From an uncultured Gemmatimonadales bacterium (GTDB lineage: Bacteria > Gemmatimonadota > Gemmatimonadetes > Gemmatimonadales > GWC2-71-9): a stretch of 64,000 bases of DNA. Under the pieces are notes generated by a model. The model saw only the letters and a program-made list of their open reading frames with translations, made no database searches and was not told the origin of the DNA. Where the stretch lies: NCBI GenBank assembly GCA_963771275.1, contig CAVYSW010000006.1, positions 187,073-251,072 on the forward strand, given 5' to 3'. Of this stretch, positions 60,975-64,000 are shown piece after piece; the stretch's first letter is position 1; each line of letters starts with the position of its first letter. Both the position numbers and the translations under genes were made by a program.

Positions 60975-63900
60975 TCAGCGGATGATCACGAGTTTCCCCC
61001 GCGCCCGGCCCGGCGTGCTGTGCGGGTTAGTGGGATCGCTCGGCGCCGTCAGCACCCAGAGGTACAACCCGCTGGTGACCACCACGCCGTCCAGCGATTC
61101 GAGATTCCAGAACAGATCCCCATCGCCCAGCAGGTCACCTGGCCCCCAGGTGATCTGCTGCACCAGCTGCCCCGCCACCGTGTAGATCCGGAGCGTCCCC
61201 GTGGGCGGCACGTGCGTGAACAGCACCCGCAGGTGGTCCAACGACGTCTGATACGCCGAGTACACCACGAACGGGTTCGGCACCACCCGGATCTGGGCCA
61301 GCGCCGAGTCCGTCACCGCCCTGATCTGATCGCCGGTCACCGCCCCGGTCACGGTGAACCCGTACTCCGTGGTGGGGGTGAACCCCACGTAATAGCCAAA
61401 CCGCGTCTGATCGCCGTGGCGCATCGGGTCGTAGCCCGTCGCCCCCGGCGTCGCCAGCGGCACCGGGTTACACGACTCCCGCACCTGGTCGCACCCCAGC
61501 ACCGCCCGCGAGAACGTCACCGCCCGCCGCGTCCGGCGGAGCGGCTCCGTCGGGCTGCTCATCACCAGCCGGCCGTCGACTGTCGAATCCTCCACGATGT
61601 TCTCGAGGAGGTATAGCCGGTCGCTGGGCACCCACACGTCTGCCGGCACCGCCACCGAGATGGTGTCCTGGCCGGTCCCCAGCACCACTCGGTCCAGCAG
61701 CCGCTTCACCATCGCGATCTCGACCGGCCGGTCGAACGTCGTATTCCGGATGGTGAACGGCAGCTTCACCGCCACCAACTCCAGCTGGATCACCCCCAGC
61801 AGGTTGGCCGTCGCCTGATCCGTGAGCCCCGTCGCGGCCACCGGGCGCGCCACCAGCGCCTCCCGCACCTCGGCTTCCGTCGCCCCCGCATTCGCCAGGT
61901 CCAGCACGAAGCCCCGCGTGGTCCCGAACGGATCGTCGGCCCAGGCCACCGCGTAGCGCCCCCCACCATCCGGCGTCCGCACCGACGACACCTCCCGCCA
62001 CTGCACCATGTAAGGGTTCACGATGTCCCGCGGCACGATCGTGTCCGCCGGCAGCAACTTGAGCTCGGTGATGGACTGCTGGCCCCGCCGCTGTGCTTCC
62101 GCCCCACTCTCGAACGCCCCCCGCAGCGTGTTGTTTGCCTCCACCGTGAACCCCGGATAGTCCGCACGCCCCAGCAACGCCGCCGGCGTCACCTGCCCCA
62201 GCCGCCAGCGTCGTGCTGCCGAACACCGGACGCCCTCCCGCCTCCGCCAGGACGAACCCCAAGCCGGCGTTCTGCGCCAGCCGCCCATACACCGTCGACG
62301 TCCGCGCCGTATCGCCCTCCACCACCGTTCCGAGATCCGTCACCGTGGTCGCCGTCACCAGGAACACCGCCGGTGAATCGTCAATGAACGTCTCCCGCCG
62401 GATGACCGAGTCCACCCCCACCCCCGCCACATCCACCAACGCCCGCCGCTGCACCGTCACGACCGACCGAAACGCCTCTCCCGTCACCGTGTTGGAATCC
62501 CGCTCCACCAGCATCTCCGTCCCGAACACCGCCCGGTACGACGCCGAGGCCACGTTGTCGCTCAGGCTCACCGCGAACGGCACCGTCGCCGTCGTCTGCG
62601 CCGTCAGGGCCAGCGCCGCCGCCCGGTAGCCGGCCGGCTTGCTCGCGGCCACGTAGACCGCCGCCACGTTCGGGTCCGCCGTCGCCCGCGACAGGGGGTT
62701 CCACAAGCTCGGCACAAACGTGTACGTGATCGGGATCCCCGCGCTGTCGAGCGTGAACGTCGCTCCCCGCGAGCGCCCCACGATGGTGTACAGGTAGGTC
62801 CGGCCCGCCAGCACCTGCTCGTCGGTGAACGCGTTGGGCACCGCCCCCGTCCCCGGATCCGCGTCGTACACCGCATACGCCTGCCACCCCAGGCCCAGCG
62901 CGCTCTGATCCACGTCCACCGCCCGGTCCCCCAGGCAGTCCGCATCCGCCGTCCACGTCTCGCCGCCATCACACGACTTGTAGATCTCGAGCCGCGCCAG
63001 ATTGTGCCGTGCCCGCGCCCGCAGCGAGTCCGGCAGCCAGGGATTCTCCGCCCGGAACATCGCGTACGGCCCCGTGGGGATCGTCGCCACATCCTCCGCC
63101 AGCTTCAGCAGGTACGGGTCCACCCACGTCTCGGGCGCATCCGAGAAGAACAGCCGCACGGCCGGCGCCGTCGTGCCGCGGTTGTCCGTCCCCGGCGTCA
63201 CCGCCGTCGACAGTACCCGCGCCGGCGGCGGCGGCTCCGGCCCGGCAAAGAGGTTGAGGTAGAGATCGATCACCGCGTCGATCTGGGCCCACAACGCCGT
63301 CGAGTCCCCGTCGCCCACCATGGCGTAGACCAGCGAGGTCGTATCGCCCGCCGCGAGGCGGAACGGCCCGAACGACTGGAGCGCACCCATGATCCCGCGA
63401 ACGTTCAGCCAGCCCCCCGGCATCGTGTCCGAGTCCACCGCCGCGCAGCCGTGTCGACCGCACGTGTCCAGGGCCAGTGTGTCCGGCGTGCCATCATGGT
63501 TGTAATCCCACGGCGGGCTCGCCGGCGGCACGTACTTGTTGTAGTGCGCCTTATTGGTCGTCCAGGCCTCGCTCCGAAACACCGTCCACAACGTGTTGTC
63601 GGGCTGCGTTCCAGGATCCCGGCCGGCATTCGTGAGGCGCTCGCTGGCCGCCAGGTAGCCGAACGTCGGCTCGGCGCCGGAGAAGTACGTGTAGTTGTGT
63701 ACCCACGGGTACTCTCCGAAGGCCTGGCGATTGAACGTGATGGTGTCGCCCGCCAACGGGTGGGCCGGCCGGCAGAACGGGTCCGTCCCCACCGTGCATG
63801 CGGTCCCCGCCCGCGTGTGCGTGAACAGCTTGTTGCGCAGGTCGCCCAGCGGACTCTTCAAGAAGATATTGGCGACCGCCCCCGAGCCGTAGCCGCGGGC

Positions 63901-64000
63901 CGGCGAGGTCGCCCCGGTGCAACCCTGTGGATCCGGACGGCGGTACGCGTCGTCGCAGGGGCCGCCGGCTCCCTGCACGTTCGAGTTGTGATACAGCACC
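60975..64000 (-). CDS. Large secreted protein with T9SS-CTD/FlgD-like C-terminus; 5' end beyond window; +1 frameshift near 62196-62199
   Basis: Frame of ORF 61468..63999 (FGPFRLAAGD, GPEPPPP, YLYTIV) joins ORF 60975..62288 (IRVVPNPF...LRIYTVAGQLV...WNL...SGLYLW...KLVIIR) if one base of the G4 run is removed. Confidence 0.78.

Overview
A very GC-rich bacterial window with about 49 tightly packed protein-coding genes. Ig-repeat lipoproteins, a Hanks kinase and a T9SS-CTD-like secreted protein suggest Gemmatimonadota, but that taxonomy is inference. I found no rRNA, tRNA, CRISPR array or transposase. Recognisable content: tkt-pgi-rpiA, acnA, arfB, pntAA/AB/B, moaA, osmC, an Fe3+-type ABC importer with an MFS and a secreted PIG-L deacetylase, several hydrolases and peptidases, and a divergent ligD/ku NHEJ pair. 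Most interesting: (i) the NHEJ locus carries apparent accessory genes, including a MerR-HTH-TPR protein 7 bp behind ku and a DUF72 protein, and ligD and ku share a 28-bp symmetric back-to-back promoter; (ii) two tandem surface lipoproteins share an N-terminal module, and one is a ~1838-aa adhesin-like protein with near-identical 690-bp repeats and a single-base frameshift; (iii) three families of short-period palindromic repeats, one apparently inserted in frame into a signal-peptide region; (iv) a zincin-propeller-Omp85 fusion; (v) a recurring TAnnnT box 5-9 nt before start codons, suggesting leaderless mRNAs. All calls come from motif recognition by eye; no database searches were run.
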